This document shows positions 50,277 to 59,323 of a DNA stretch of 64,000 nt, one piece after another. Under the pieces are notes generated by a model. It was not told the origin of the DNA and made no database searches. It saw only the letters and a program-made list of their open reading frames with translations. The position numbers and the translations under genes are program-made. This stretch comes from a virus. The DNA lies in the IMG/VR virus record IMGVR_UViG_3300021512_000003, positions 17,889 through 81,888 of that record. One strand, 5' to 3'. Each line of letters begins with the position of its first letter. Position 1 is the first letter of the stretch.

Positions 50277-51442
50277 GCCTGTCTTTCCTAGACACTATAT
50301 AAGGCCGCCTACCGGCCAGATACACTACACCAAACCTGACACACCTCTAAGCCCCTAAAACCTCTTACACACTCTCTACAGGCTCTCTTTAATCACATGC
50401 CTTGGCATGGCTCCCAGCCTGTGTATCTTTTGTAGCTGTATATGTGCAGGCTGTATCACTATTTGTCCCTGGCGCGTATCACTGTGTGTACTACAGGCGG
50501 GTTACTGCAGGTAGTACTAGGTGAGTAGTACATACTGTAGGTAGTACTAGAGGTGAGACTGGGGTGTTATATAGTGGAATACGTTTTACTAGGCGCGTAT
50601 ATGATGGGTTATTACAGGTGGCGTTTATTGTTGTGGGTTATAGGGTAGGGTTGTAGTGTGGGTTTTACTAGTAGCGTTTATTAGTAGCGTTTAACAATTA
50701 TTATCATCACAAAGCACCCACTACAGCATCCTCTCACGTAAAAGACAGGGCTAGGCTACTGGCGCAAGGACATCACACTACAGCGTGTAATTCCTCTGGT
50801 TATTACCTGATTACTGCTAGTTAGTTCCTGTAATGACTATTACAGGAAATAGTGAATCCTTGTAATACAATCACTTACGTCATATTGGCTTGGTAGTATT
50901 TCAATACAGGAAATAGGCCTGATATTTGAGAATTACTAGGGGTTACAGGGGGACAGGTTCCTTGGCGTTAAATACCTCTATATCAGGTACAGATACCAGT
51001 ACTTCAAATACAGATACCCATGTATCGAGTACAAATACCTATATACTAGGACTAGAAGCCCATATACCACAACATATACAGGTACTCCTGTAAGGTGACC
51101 ATGTATCACCCTTGGTCACAACACCTCCGTGTAATTCATACAGCACTACACAGAGGGGTATTACGCCCCTAATGTATGTCCTTATCACACAGTATTACTG
51201 GCTTGGTATACACACGATATTTCCTCCCAGTGGGTATTACAGATGTCGGTAATACAGCCCCAGAGGTAGGGGAAAAATGGGGCTGGTATATCAGCTACAG
51301 AGGGCAGGATATTTGTAGCTGGACATACAAAAGAGAGAAGGGCTGTTGGCCCTTTGTTGGTAAGAGAATAAGTAAGAAAGAGATAAAAGCTCTTTATGAT
51401 CACAGGTGATATTTGCCCATGAAGATATTTCCAAGGCTTGTA

Positions 51443-51470
51443 TTGACATGGGCAGTAATACGAGTATAAT
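51443..51470 (+). promoter_or_regulatory. sigma70-type promoter
   Basis: TTGACA-16 bp-TATAAT upstream of the GGAGG RBS and MSDAQMG start. Confidence 0.7.
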
Positions 51471-52390
51471 TCTCCACATGATAAATAAAACAGGAGGTTA
51501 CAAGATGTCAGATGCTCAAATGGGTTTACTACTTGGCCTAATGATAGGACTTATGTTTGGGGTTGTTGTTACTATGGTGATTGTAGATAGCCCCTCAGGC
51601 CAAGCGCTTCTGAGAGAGCGCACTTCCATCGTCTCAGAGTGTGAGAAAGCACTCCCAAGAAACCAACACTGTGAAGTGAGAATGGAAGCATTCGTAGGAG
51701 AGGAAGGACAATGAAAACACTACAAAGCCTTGCAGCACTCTTTACATTTCTTTGTCTTGCAATTGTAGTTGCAGCGGTCTGCTCACACAGCTTACAACTC
51801 CTTATCCAAGAAGACCACTACAAGGAGGTAAACAGACAAGAGATGATAGACGGACTAAAGAATTGTGAAGAGGTGTTTGGGAGAGAATGTACGTTATCTT
51901 ATTCTATAGCTCCTATCAAAATAACAAACAACACGTCTAAGAAAGGCGTAGAGAAGCGTTCTCTCTGAAGATGTACATTGATAAGGGTAGAATAACAGGA
52001 GGCTTAGAGAGCCTCTAAGGAGCTTTAATGGCAATACTCCTTAGTATTAAGGATATGTCAACATATTGACACATATACAGAAGAGAGGTTTTAGGCTACT
52101 TCGTAAGTGTCAAATAATTGACAGTGTTAGGTACAGGGTGATATTGTTTGTTAATGATATTTTATTATTAGAGGATAAGGGGTATTTATGCTAGTTAGTA
52201 TTACATTGGAAGGTATTTTAGAGGTTACACCAGAGAGTAGTTTAGAGGGGTATGCTTTAGGTGTATGGGCGAGAGATAATCTGAAAGAGGGTGGTAATCT
52301 CTTCCTTAATATCTATGAAGACCCAGAAGAGATGGGTGAAGGTGAAACTCAATAGTGGATGCACTTATATGTTTGACAGGAGAGTAACAA

Positions 52391-53113
52391 ATGAGTAAAG
52401 TAACACTGATGCAGGGCGATTGCCTTGAGCGGATGAAGGAGATTGAGAGCGGGTCGGTTGATATGGTATTGACTAGCCCTCCGTATAATATGAACTTGCG
52501 GATACGGAACGGTAGGTACTGCTCCCGCCAAATAGTAAAAGAACTCAGCACGAAATATACTAACTTCCCCGACAATCTCCCCATGAAGGAATACTTCGAG
52601 TTTAATAGAAAAGTTATAAACGAGTGTCTGCGGGTTTCGGATCTTGTCTTTTACAACGTGCAGTTTTTAACCGGAAATAAGCCAGCGTTATTCAAGTTAC
52701 TAGGAGAGTTCAACGAAAAGGTGAAAGAGTTTATCATCTGGGATAAGGGTAACGCGCAGCCTGCAATAGGCAAGGGTGTAATGAACAGTCAGTTTGAGGT
52801 TTTAATTGTGCTACAAAACTCTAAGCCAGAAAGCAGGGCGTTCCAAACTGCGCAGTTTGACCGAGGGACGTTATCAAATGTGTTTGCTATTAAAAGGGGG
52901 AAGAAGGTAGAGAAAACACACGGAGCCACATTCCCGCAGACACTTGCAGAAAAAGTTATATCCTGCTTTTCTGCAAGCGGTTCGACTATTCTTGACCCGT
53001 TCATGGGCAGTGGTACGACTATACTGGCTGCTCAGAATCTCAATCGTAATGGTATAGGGATAGAGCTAGACGAGGGATATTTCAAGATAGCACAGGAGAG
53101 GGTGGGGCAATGA
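52391..53113 (+). CDS. DNA methyltransferase (N4/N6 family, beta class, SPPY)
   Basis: TSPPY, HGATFP and LDPFMGSGTT motifs. Confidence 0.92.
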   Translation: MSKVTLMQGDCLERMKEIESGSVDMVLTSPPYNMNLRIRNGRYCSRQIVKELSTKYTNFPDNLPMKEYFEFNRKVINECLRVSDLVFYNVQFLTGNKPALFKLLGEFNEKVKEFIIWDKGNAQPAIGKGVMNSQFEVLIVLQNSKPESRAFQTAQFDRGTLSNVFAIKRGKKVEKTHGATFPQTLAEKVISCFSASGSTILDPFMGSGTTILAAQNLNRNGIGIELDEGYFKIAQERVGQ

Positions 53114-53129
53114 ACAGGGAGCTAATAGT

Positions 53130-53387
53130 ATGATTAGTGCTGTACCAAGTTCAGAAGGCAAGGCAGTCATAGAAGCTAAGAATGTAAACGAGTACGAACC
53201 TATCCTTGCTATTAAAGAGGGAAAAGTTGTAGGTATGTTGGTTAAAGAGGTAGAGGGGTGGATACTCAGAACAGGAGGAAGGTGTGGATCAACAGGTCAC
53301 TTTGAAGACCTCTCTGATTGTATAGAATCTGGGGAGGAGTGTGGGTACACCTTCCACCAAGATGTAGAAGTGAAGGATGCTAAATGA
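53130..53387 (+). CDS. hypothetical protein, paralog of 45578..45814
   Basis: Shared motif as listed for 45578..45814. Confidence 0.65.
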   Translation: MISAVPSSEGKAVIEAKNVNEYEPILAIKEGKVVGMLVKEVEGWILRTGGRCGSTGHFEDLSDCIESGEECGYTFHQDVEVKDAK

Positions 53388-53845
53388 CCTATTTGATGTT
53401 GTGTATTCACAAGCAAACTAAACTGAAATTAGTCTCATGGGCTACAGTTTGTAAGGGGCAGCATGAGCAGGGCTTTGTCTACAAGAAGTGCTGCGTAGTG
53501 TGTGGTGGAGAGGTAATCAGACAGAGACTACCTATATGAAAATATCTGATGAAGGTACAGCTTTGTTATTAAGAGAGGAGCTTGCAGATGATGGGGTTGT
53601 TACTACCTACTACACAATAACCCTTGCCTCTATTTTATCTGAAGCTTCTTATATGAAGATCAGTAGAGAAGATATTATGAATGGATGTTTCTTTTTTAAG
53701 GTGTTCCTTACTACAGAAGATGGTGAAGAGATTGCCGAGATTGTGTTAGCAGAGCCTAAGAGGGTTTCTGATAGCTTCAAAGCTCTGCTTGCTGACATCG
53801 GTTTTAAGACACTACAATCTAAACTTAGTTAATAGGAGGTTTTAT

Positions 53846-54835
53846 ATGAGGCTTGAGGATATTGGTTTTTATACGTTGAGCGATGAGAGGGCTAAGAGCA
53901 CATCTCCAACATCACAAATGAAGCGTTGTGAGATGATTATTAATGAGTACTGTAATTTCAAGTGCCCCTACTGCAGAGGTTTGGCTGAGATGGTGTTCGA
54001 TAATAGAATAAAAAAGGAACTCTCGATAGAGGAGATTAAGAGAAATATTGATCTCTGGTGTGACGGACTCCCCTTGGAGAATATTAGGTTTTCTGGTGGG
54101 GAGCCTACTTTCCATAAACACATTGTCCAAGCTGTTGAGTATGCCAGACAAAGTGGGGTTAAGAGGGTGGCGATTTCCACCAATGGTTCCAACAAGAGAA
54201 AAATATATGAAAGGTTGCTTGCCGCAGGGTGTAATGACTTTTCAATATCTCTTGACGCAGCAGATGCAGAAACAGGTGACAGGATGGCTGGTAACATCTC
54301 TGGTGCATGGGCAAAGGTGGTCAGAAATATCGAGTGGATTTCACAAAGAACTTATGTTACTGTAGGTGTGGTGTTGGAGCCAGAAAATATTGAAGGGTTT
54401 ATTCAGATTGTTGAGTATGCAAGCTCACTTGGGGTTTCTGACATACGAGTTATCCCCTCTGCACAGTGGGATCAGCCACTACCAGGATTGGCAAACATCA
54501 ACCAAAGTATACTAGACAGACACCCTATTCTGAGGTATAGAGTAAACAACTTCATACTAGGAAAGAGAATCAGAGGTTTAACTGAAACTTCAGCAAAAAG
54601 TTGTCCACTAGTATTGGATGATTCAGTCATTGCCGGAGAAGACCACTACCCATGTGTAATCTATATGCGAGAGCAAGGACAACCCATAGGCAAAGTAAGT
54701 GAAACAATGAGGCAGGAGCGCGTTGATTGGCTCAAGCGTACTAATACCCACCAAGAACTGATATGCAAAAATAATTGCCTTGACGTGTGTGTGGATTACA
54801 ATAAGAGAAGTGTAGGGTTTTCAATAAAGGGGTAA
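53846..54835 (+). CDS. radical SAM enzyme
   Basis: CNFKCPYC (CxxxCxxC), FSGGEPT, STNG, ISLD; C-terminal Cys cluster; AGGAGG RBS before ATG 53846. Confidence 0.9.
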   Translation: MRLEDIGFYTLSDERAKSTSPTSQMKRCEMIINEYCNFKCPYCRGLAEMVFDNRIKKELSIEEIKRNIDLWCDGLPLENIRFSGGEPTFHKHIVQAVEYARQSGVKRVAISTNGSNKRKIYERLLAAGCNDFSISLDAADAETGDRMAGNISGAWAKVVRNIEWISQRTYVTVGVVLEPENIEGFIQIVEYASSLGVSDIRVIPSAQWDQPLPGLANINQSILDRHPILRYRVNNFILGKRIRGLTETSAKSCPLVLDDSVIAGEDHYPCVIYMREQGQPIGKVSETMRQERVDWLKRTNTHQELICKNNCLDVCVDYNKRSVGFSIKG

Positions 54836-54838
54836 GTT

Positions 54839-55282
54839 ATGACAAAAGATGACGCAGTAACTTACGCAACAGAAGCACACAGGGGTCAGATGTATGGCGA
54901 TAAACCTTACGTTTACCATTTAGAGCAAGTGGCAAAGGAGTACCTCTCGTTTTTCAGAGGGAGTGCAGTAGAGGATGGTGTAGTTGTAGCCTACCTCCAC
55001 GATGTCTTAGAGGACACAGATAAGACAGAAGAAAACTTACTACAGGCAGGCTTCTCTCAAGGAGTTGTTTCTTGTGTTAGCAAGCTCACCTTTTGGAACA
55101 AGTTATCACGGGAGCAGTACATAGAGGACATTAGAGTGTTGCGTCATAGTCCGACAATACTACGTGTTGCTTGGGAGGTTAAGGTGGCAGACACAATGTC
55201 AAACTTGAGACACAGTGTAAAGGAGGGTAACGTAAGGAGAATATCTAAATACATGGAGCAAGTGAGGAGACTTTATGCTTAA
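54839..55282 (+). CDS. HD-domain hydrolase (RelA/SpoT hydrolase or Mesh1-like)
   Basis: AHRGQ..PYVYHL, LHDVLEDT and VKVADTMSNL motifs. Confidence 0.85.
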   Translation: MTKDDAVTYATEAHRGQMYGDKPYVYHLEQVAKEYLSFFRGSAVEDGVVVAYLHDVLEDTDKTEENLLQAGFSQGVVSCVSKLTFWNKLSREQYIEDIRVLRHSPTILRVAWEVKVADTMSNLRHSVKEGNVRRISKYMEQVRRLYA

Positions 55283-55349
55283 GACAACTCTGATAGGTTA
55301 GAGAGGGCACGTTAGTGGTGTGCATATATTTATTTCACAGGAGAAGAGT

Positions 55350-56039
55350 ATGATTGTATTGAACAGAATAGAGACACCAGATGGTACACAAATTACAAGT
55401 CACTACAGGCACGACTATGTGAGCCACGAAGATGCAAATGGGTTCGTTTACAGTGTAGATGGTGGTTTGGACTACATTAAGCGTAGTGCCCATAGAGACG
55501 CTCCTTCGTGTAAAGAGCTTTCAGTGTACTCTGAAGATCCTTTTGAAGAAGTTCGGGAGGCATTCCTCTGGGGTACTTATGGGAAAGATGGTGGAGAGGC
55601 TCTTAAGCACGTAGCTCTTTGTGAGCTGACAGATGAACACATACAGGCTATACTTGACACACAGGGTCACTTATCTGTAGACGTGTGTGAGCTGTTCCTC
55701 TTAGAGCAGAAGTGGAGAGAGAGTCACCAAGAGAGGCCTAGAGAGCAATCTGAACTAGGGGTACAAGAAGAGCACATTAGGTGGGGTAAGGCACTTGCTG
55801 AGATGCTCCTTGGTGCTGAGGAGTACAATAGTCATAAGGTGACAGAGTTCTCTACCTTTCCAAAGAAGATGCTTCTGTTGTTGTGTAAGGAGTTGGAGAA
55901 AGTGGAGGTTTCTTGTACATACATCCAACTCTGCACGGATATGTCAGGAAGTGTTTACCAACAGGACTATTGGGGAGAAGGGGATCACCCGCTGGGGCAC
56001 AGAGACAGGCTACTGTTAGGTGTTGGAGAGATAACTTAG
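55350..56039 (+). CDS. hypothetical phage protein
   Basis: TPDGTQITSHYRHDY, VDGGLDY and WGTYGKDG. Confidence 0.7.
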   Translation: MIVLNRIETPDGTQITSHYRHDYVSHEDANGFVYSVDGGLDYIKRSAHRDAPSCKELSVYSEDPFEEVREAFLWGTYGKDGGEALKHVALCELTDEHIQAILDTQGHLSVDVCELFLLEQKWRESHQERPREQSELGVQEEHIRWGKALAEMLLGAEEYNSHKVTEFSTFPKKMLLLLCKELEKVEVSCTYIQLCTDMSGSVYQQDYWGEGDHPLGHRDRLLLGVGEIT

Positions 56040-56048
56040 TATACAGTG

Positions 56049-56072
56049 AAGGGGCACAAAGCCCCTTTTTTT
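56049..56072 (+). terminator. intrinsic terminator at the convergent junction
   Basis: AAGGGGC-ACAAA-GCCCCTT followed by a T run. Confidence 0.8.
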
Positions 56073-56080
56073 ATTACCGA

Positions 56081-56752
56081 TTATTCAGACTCTAGGACAA
56101 GCTCTCCATTATCAACGTACAACCTATACACCTGACCATTAACTCTATCTGTTACTCGAAGAACAGCAAAACCCTTCTTACCCATCTTAGCCATATCTAT
56201 GGCTACAGGCTCACTTCCCTGCATACCTGCAAGTGCGTTCTCTCTGAAGTCAATACCTGTGTTCCAACCTAGTGCCTCTCCAAGAGGTGAAGCTGGTAGA
56301 GAGTTAATCTGTATAGCTCTTGAGTTCCAATTATACTTATTAGACCCAACACCGCCTAGAGGCTCTGCAACACCGTCACGTCTATTCTTGATGTTGACAG
56401 CAATACCTACCTTAGCTCCTTCATTCTCAGAGTTAAGAGAGATTACAGAAGACTCCAGTCCAATTTGGTGTATTGTTGCCACACCTTCATGTGAGTTCCA
56501 GGCTTCTGTAGCCACACCAAAGGAGTGACCTATGCCATAGAGGGCTGTGTTGTGAGAGTTTAGTTGAGCAGCTACAGACAAGTTCCTGTTTGCTGTGAGG
56601 GAGGTGGCTCTGTTATCAGCAGTTATGCCGTAGGTGATGTGATCAGTGCTGGACTGGTACTTTACGTGGAGAGGCTCTTTGACTACCTCTGCTGTAAGAA
56701 AACCACAAGAAAATGTAGTTGTGAGGGTTAGTGCTAGTATTGTCTTTTTCAT
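56081..56752 (-). CDS. hypothetical exported protein
   Basis: MKKTILALTL signal-peptide-like start; beta-rich body. Confidence 0.6.
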   Translation of the reverse strand: MKKTILALTLTTTFSCGFLTAEVVKEPLHVKYQSSTDHITYGITADNRATSLTANRNLSVAAQLNSHNTALYGIGHSFGVATEAWNSHEGVATIHQIGLESSVISLNSENEGAKVGIAVNIKNRRDGVAEPLGGVGSNKYNWNSRAIQINSLPASPLGEALGWNTGIDFRENALAGMQGSEPVAIDMAKMGKKGFAVLRVTDRVNGQVYRLYVDNGELVLESE

Positions 56753-56834
56753 GGTAAGCCTCTTAGTTATGTGTCTTAGTAGGCACACTATAACTTAAGA
56801 GGCTCGTAATTGCAAATGTTGGTCAGCTAATAGT

Positions 56835-57383
56835 CTACTCTTTGTCTTCCAGACGTGTTTGGATCTGCTCTGCACACAAATATAAATCCCTTCCCATAAG
56901 AACTTCCTCAATCTCGTCTTTTGATAAAAACCCTTTGTAGATATTCCTCAAGGCTTCGTCGTAGTGCTTCACTTTGAAATCACCACCAGCGATAAACTCA
57001 TTTCTCTTACCACACTCTCCCCCTGACCAAGCATGGATGAGCATCTGTGCATAAGGAGAGATACTAAAGCTAGAACACCCCAACACAAGAATACTGCCTG
57101 CACTATAGATCTTCCCGTGCAAGCAGGCTGTTGTCTTTGCAGGTGTGTTCTGTAGGGCTTGGTATATGAGGAGGGCTGTGTCCGTATCTCCTCCATTTGT
57201 GTCCAAAAGTATTTCTATTTGGTCATCAACTGTAGCATTGTAGATTAAGTCTATAAGGGAGTGATATTGTGAAGATCCTTGAATGTCGTCTTTGAAGTAC
57301 AAACTATAAGAGGTCCCTATAGGAGAAGCTTTTATTGTGTAAGGCAGGTCTTCGTAACTCTCTTCTACTTCCATTGGAGGCAC
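56835..57383 (-). CDS. ClpP-like (S14) serine protease
   Basis: LDTNGGD, YSAGS and MLIH motifs; DLYLCAEQ. Confidence 0.85.
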   Translation of the reverse strand: MPPMEVEESYEDLPYTIKASPIGTSYSLYFKDDIQGSSQYHSLIDLIYNATVDDQIEILLDTNGGDTDTALLIYQALQNTPAKTTACLHGKIYSAGSILVLGCSSFSISPYAQMLIHAWSGGECGKRNEFIAGGDFKVKHYDEALRNIYKGFLSKDEIEEVLMGRDLYLCAEQIQTRLEDKE

Positions 57384-57394
57384 CCTGTTGTGTG

Positions 57395-57451
57395 TAAGTG
57401 TTTGATTTCATCAGTATGACTTTGTGTAGTCTGTATAGTCCAGTGTTATGT
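57395..57451 (+). other. attI-like site C
   Basis: 49 bp identical to site A; GTT at 57445 heads array 3; IHF consensus at 57395-57407. Confidence 0.7.
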
Positions 57452-57454
57452 GGC

Positions 57455-57664
57455 TTATTGGTTATCCACTTTCACAGTAATAGCGCCATCCAGTGTTATG
57501 CAGTATCTTTCAAGCCCAAGGGAGACTCTGTATTCTGGGTAGCCTTTTCTTAGGCACTCAGCCTCTGTGTAAATTGCTACTGGCGGAATAATGAAGGCGC
57601 AATACAATATGAGTAAGACGGCTGGTGTAACGACAGCTAGTATTATCTTTTCGATTAAAATCAT
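57455..57664 (-). CDS. cassette gene, small membrane protein
   Basis: TM helix, then ECLRKGYPE..YC. Confidence 0.65.
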   Translation of the reverse strand: MILIEKIILAVVTPAVLLILYCAFIIPPVAIYTEAECLRKGYPEYRVSLGLERYCITLDGAITVKVDNQ

Positions 57665-57688
57665 ATCTTTCTCCGGAGATAAAGCACC

Positions 57689-57747
57689 TCATAACAAGGT
57701 GCTGTTTTGGAAGCGCTGAAGCGCTCCACAAAGCTTTAGTGTTATAA
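57689..57747 (+). repeat. attC-like site
   Basis: TCATAAC...GCGC TGAA GCGC...GTTATAA; near-identical to 41324-41382. Confidence 0.85.
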
Positions 57748-58095
57748 AACTCGATAGGCATGGTAGTAACCAGCCGCGCGTCTTTTAAATGTGCCGATCG
57801 TGGTAATATGCAGTTTTCCAGCGTTAAATTCATTACCATCTGGATCAACCCAGCGGCGAGTATAAAAAACTCGCTCTAGGTACCTCCCTGGCTTGTGTAT
57901 GTCGACCACCTTTAAAATCATTTCCCCGATTCCTTCAGCAACAAGCTCATGATCTCCTGAAGCGGTCGGCTCACTTTTGCACCCTGGAATCCATACGTAA
58001 TCCGAGTAATATTCACCAGTAACGGCATACCATTCATGGGTTCCCGTATAAAACGGGAATTTAACTCTAATATGCTGCCCATTGTGCAATTCCAT
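57742..58095 (-). CDS. cassette gene, hypothetical phage protein
   Basis: GGAGGAG RBS before MELHNGQ; RVFYTRRWVDPDG; stop codon inside GTTA. Confidence 0.7.
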   Translation of the reverse strand: MELHNGQHIRVKFPFYTGTHEWYAVTGEYYSDYVWIPGCKSEPTASGDHELVAEGIGEMILKVVDIHKPGRYLERVFYTRRWVDPDGNEFNAGKLHITTIGTFKRRAAGYYHAYRVL

Positions 58096-58112
58096 AACTC
58101 CTCCAAATCGTT

Positions 58113-58178
58113 TTATAACAAGGCGTTTCACGCAGACCGCGCAAAGTGACGCGCGACTGGTGAACTTAGTCGTTAGTT
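58113..58178 (+). repeat. attC-like site
   Basis: TTATAAC AAGGC GTTTCACGCAGACCGCGC...GCGCGACTGGTGAAC TTAGTC GTTAGTT. Confidence 0.85.
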
Positions 58179-58373
58179 TGCTTCGTTATCTATTTGAATT
58201 TTCATTTTTACCCCCCTATACGTAAATTCCGATGGCTCGGTATCTTTGCCTTTTGCAGCGGTGAAGGACTCAAGAAATAAATCCAGACCAAAAACATTAA
58301 GCCCAGCATCCAATATTGCCTGCCCAGTTATACCGGTATTTTTATTGCTCCTTGTGAATTTATTTTGTGACAT
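58173..58373 (-). CDS. cassette gene, hypothetical
   Basis: 66 aa; stop codon inside GTTA. Confidence 0.6.
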   Translation of the reverse strand: MSQNKFTRSNKNTGITGQAILDAGLNVFGLDLFLESFTAAKGKDTEPSEFTYRGVKMKIQIDNEAN

Positions 58374-58402
58374 TTGGTGTTACTCCGTAGGTATTACTGG
58401 CA

Positions 58403-58464
58403 ACCTAACAGTCGCATTAAAATCTAACTTCGCTGGCGCTTCGCAGTTTATGCGAGCGTTAGAG
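58403..58464 (+). repeat. attC-like site
   Basis: ACCTAAC AGTCGCATTAAAA...GTTTATGCGAGC GTTAGAG. Confidence 0.8.
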
Positions 58465-58761
58465 TGCTAAACAGTCTCTTATTTGCTTAGCCTTGCTTTC
58501 CTGCCCTTTTGTGAATGCTCTTCCTTTTTGAACCTCAATGACCCCTAGTATTTCTTCGGCTGTGAATTGCTCTATGCACTCGTCGTCTGATCGGAAGGCG
58601 CATTCTCCATCGAAGGAGATTTTAAGAAATTTGGTAAGATGACATTGTATCGTCGTCATCGCCCCCTCCGCTAAACTCCACACCACCACACTGAAACTGT
58701 CGCTGCTGTAAGCAGTTCGCCCTCCGCCACCGGGTTTTTTAGCGGTTCGTTCTAATCTCAT
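58459..58761 (-). CDS. cassette gene, hypothetical
   Basis: 100 aa with a GGAG RBS; stop codon inside GTTA. Confidence 0.65.
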   Translation of the reverse strand: MRLERTAKKPGGGGRTAYSSDSFSVVVWSLAEGAMTTIQCHLTKFLKISFDGECAFRSDDECIEQFTAEEILGVIEVQKGRAFTKGQESKAKQIRDCLAL

Positions 58762-58786
58762 AATCCCTGCTCCTTGTTTAGCCGTA

Positions 58787-58842
58787 ATCTAACAATCAAT
58801 TTAATTCGGATTGCTACGCAACCATTTAGTTGAGCGTTATAA
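58787..58842 (+). repeat. attC-like site
   Basis: Near-identical to 42186-42241. Confidence 0.85.
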
Positions 58843-59040
58843 GCTTGGTTCCGGCTTGCTATTAGCTTTCATCTCCTCTCGCTTAACGCAGTGTGCCGGA
58901 ACGTTAATCTCTATCTGCACCATCTGCTCATTGAAATCCACGCCGACTATCTTCCCGACCACACCATTAACTATTACGCGCTCGTGGTGCTTAACGCCTT
59001 CGTCTAAAATGTTTTTGGCTCTAATTGTTTGGCCTATCAT
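58837..59040 (-). CDS. cassette gene, hypothetical
   Basis: 67 aa with an AGGAG RBS; stop codon inside GTTA. Confidence 0.6.
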   Translation of the reverse strand: MIGQTIRAKNILDEGVKHHERVIVNGVVGKIVGVDFNEQMVQIEINVPAHCVKREEMKANSKPEPSL

Positions 59041-59064
59041 TTCGTTCTCCTGTCTCTGCGAGGG

Positions 59065-59286
59065 TTATGTTCTAAATGTTAGCCCACAAATAATTGCGAT
59101 AATAGAACTAATAATTACAACATTTACAACACGGTTGTTCCTCTCCCGACGATTTTTTTTTGCGAAGTCCTGTGCGTAGCTTAATTCCTGTTTAGTTACA
59201 GGTGTGCCAAGTTTTATGGCTTGGCGTATAGAGAAAAAACTTTTCACTACTGCCACTCCAATATTAAAATAAACATAACAAAGCAC
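59065..59286 (-). CDS. cassette gene, small membrane protein (start uncertain)
   Basis: Unit bounded by GTTATGTT (59064) and AACATAAC (59272-59279). Confidence 0.5.
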   Translation of the reverse strand: MLCYVYFNIGVAVVKSFFSIRQAIKLGTPVTKQELSYAQDFAKKNRRERNNRVVNVVIISSIIAIICGLTFRT

Positions 59287-59305
59287 TTAAAAATCAGACT
59301 GTCTT
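59273..59305 (+). repeat. truncated attC-like site ending array 3
   Basis: ACATAACAAAGCACTTAAAAATCAGACTG matches the left arm of 31915; no right arm. Confidence 0.6.
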
Positions 59306-59323
59306 CAACTACAAACTACACAG

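Noticed and set aside
53846-54835. Radical SAM protein as a viperin or a 7-deazaguanine pathway QueE
   Set aside because: It lacks the viperin N(Y/F)H motif before the Cys triad, and no queC, queD, folE or dpdA genes are in the window.
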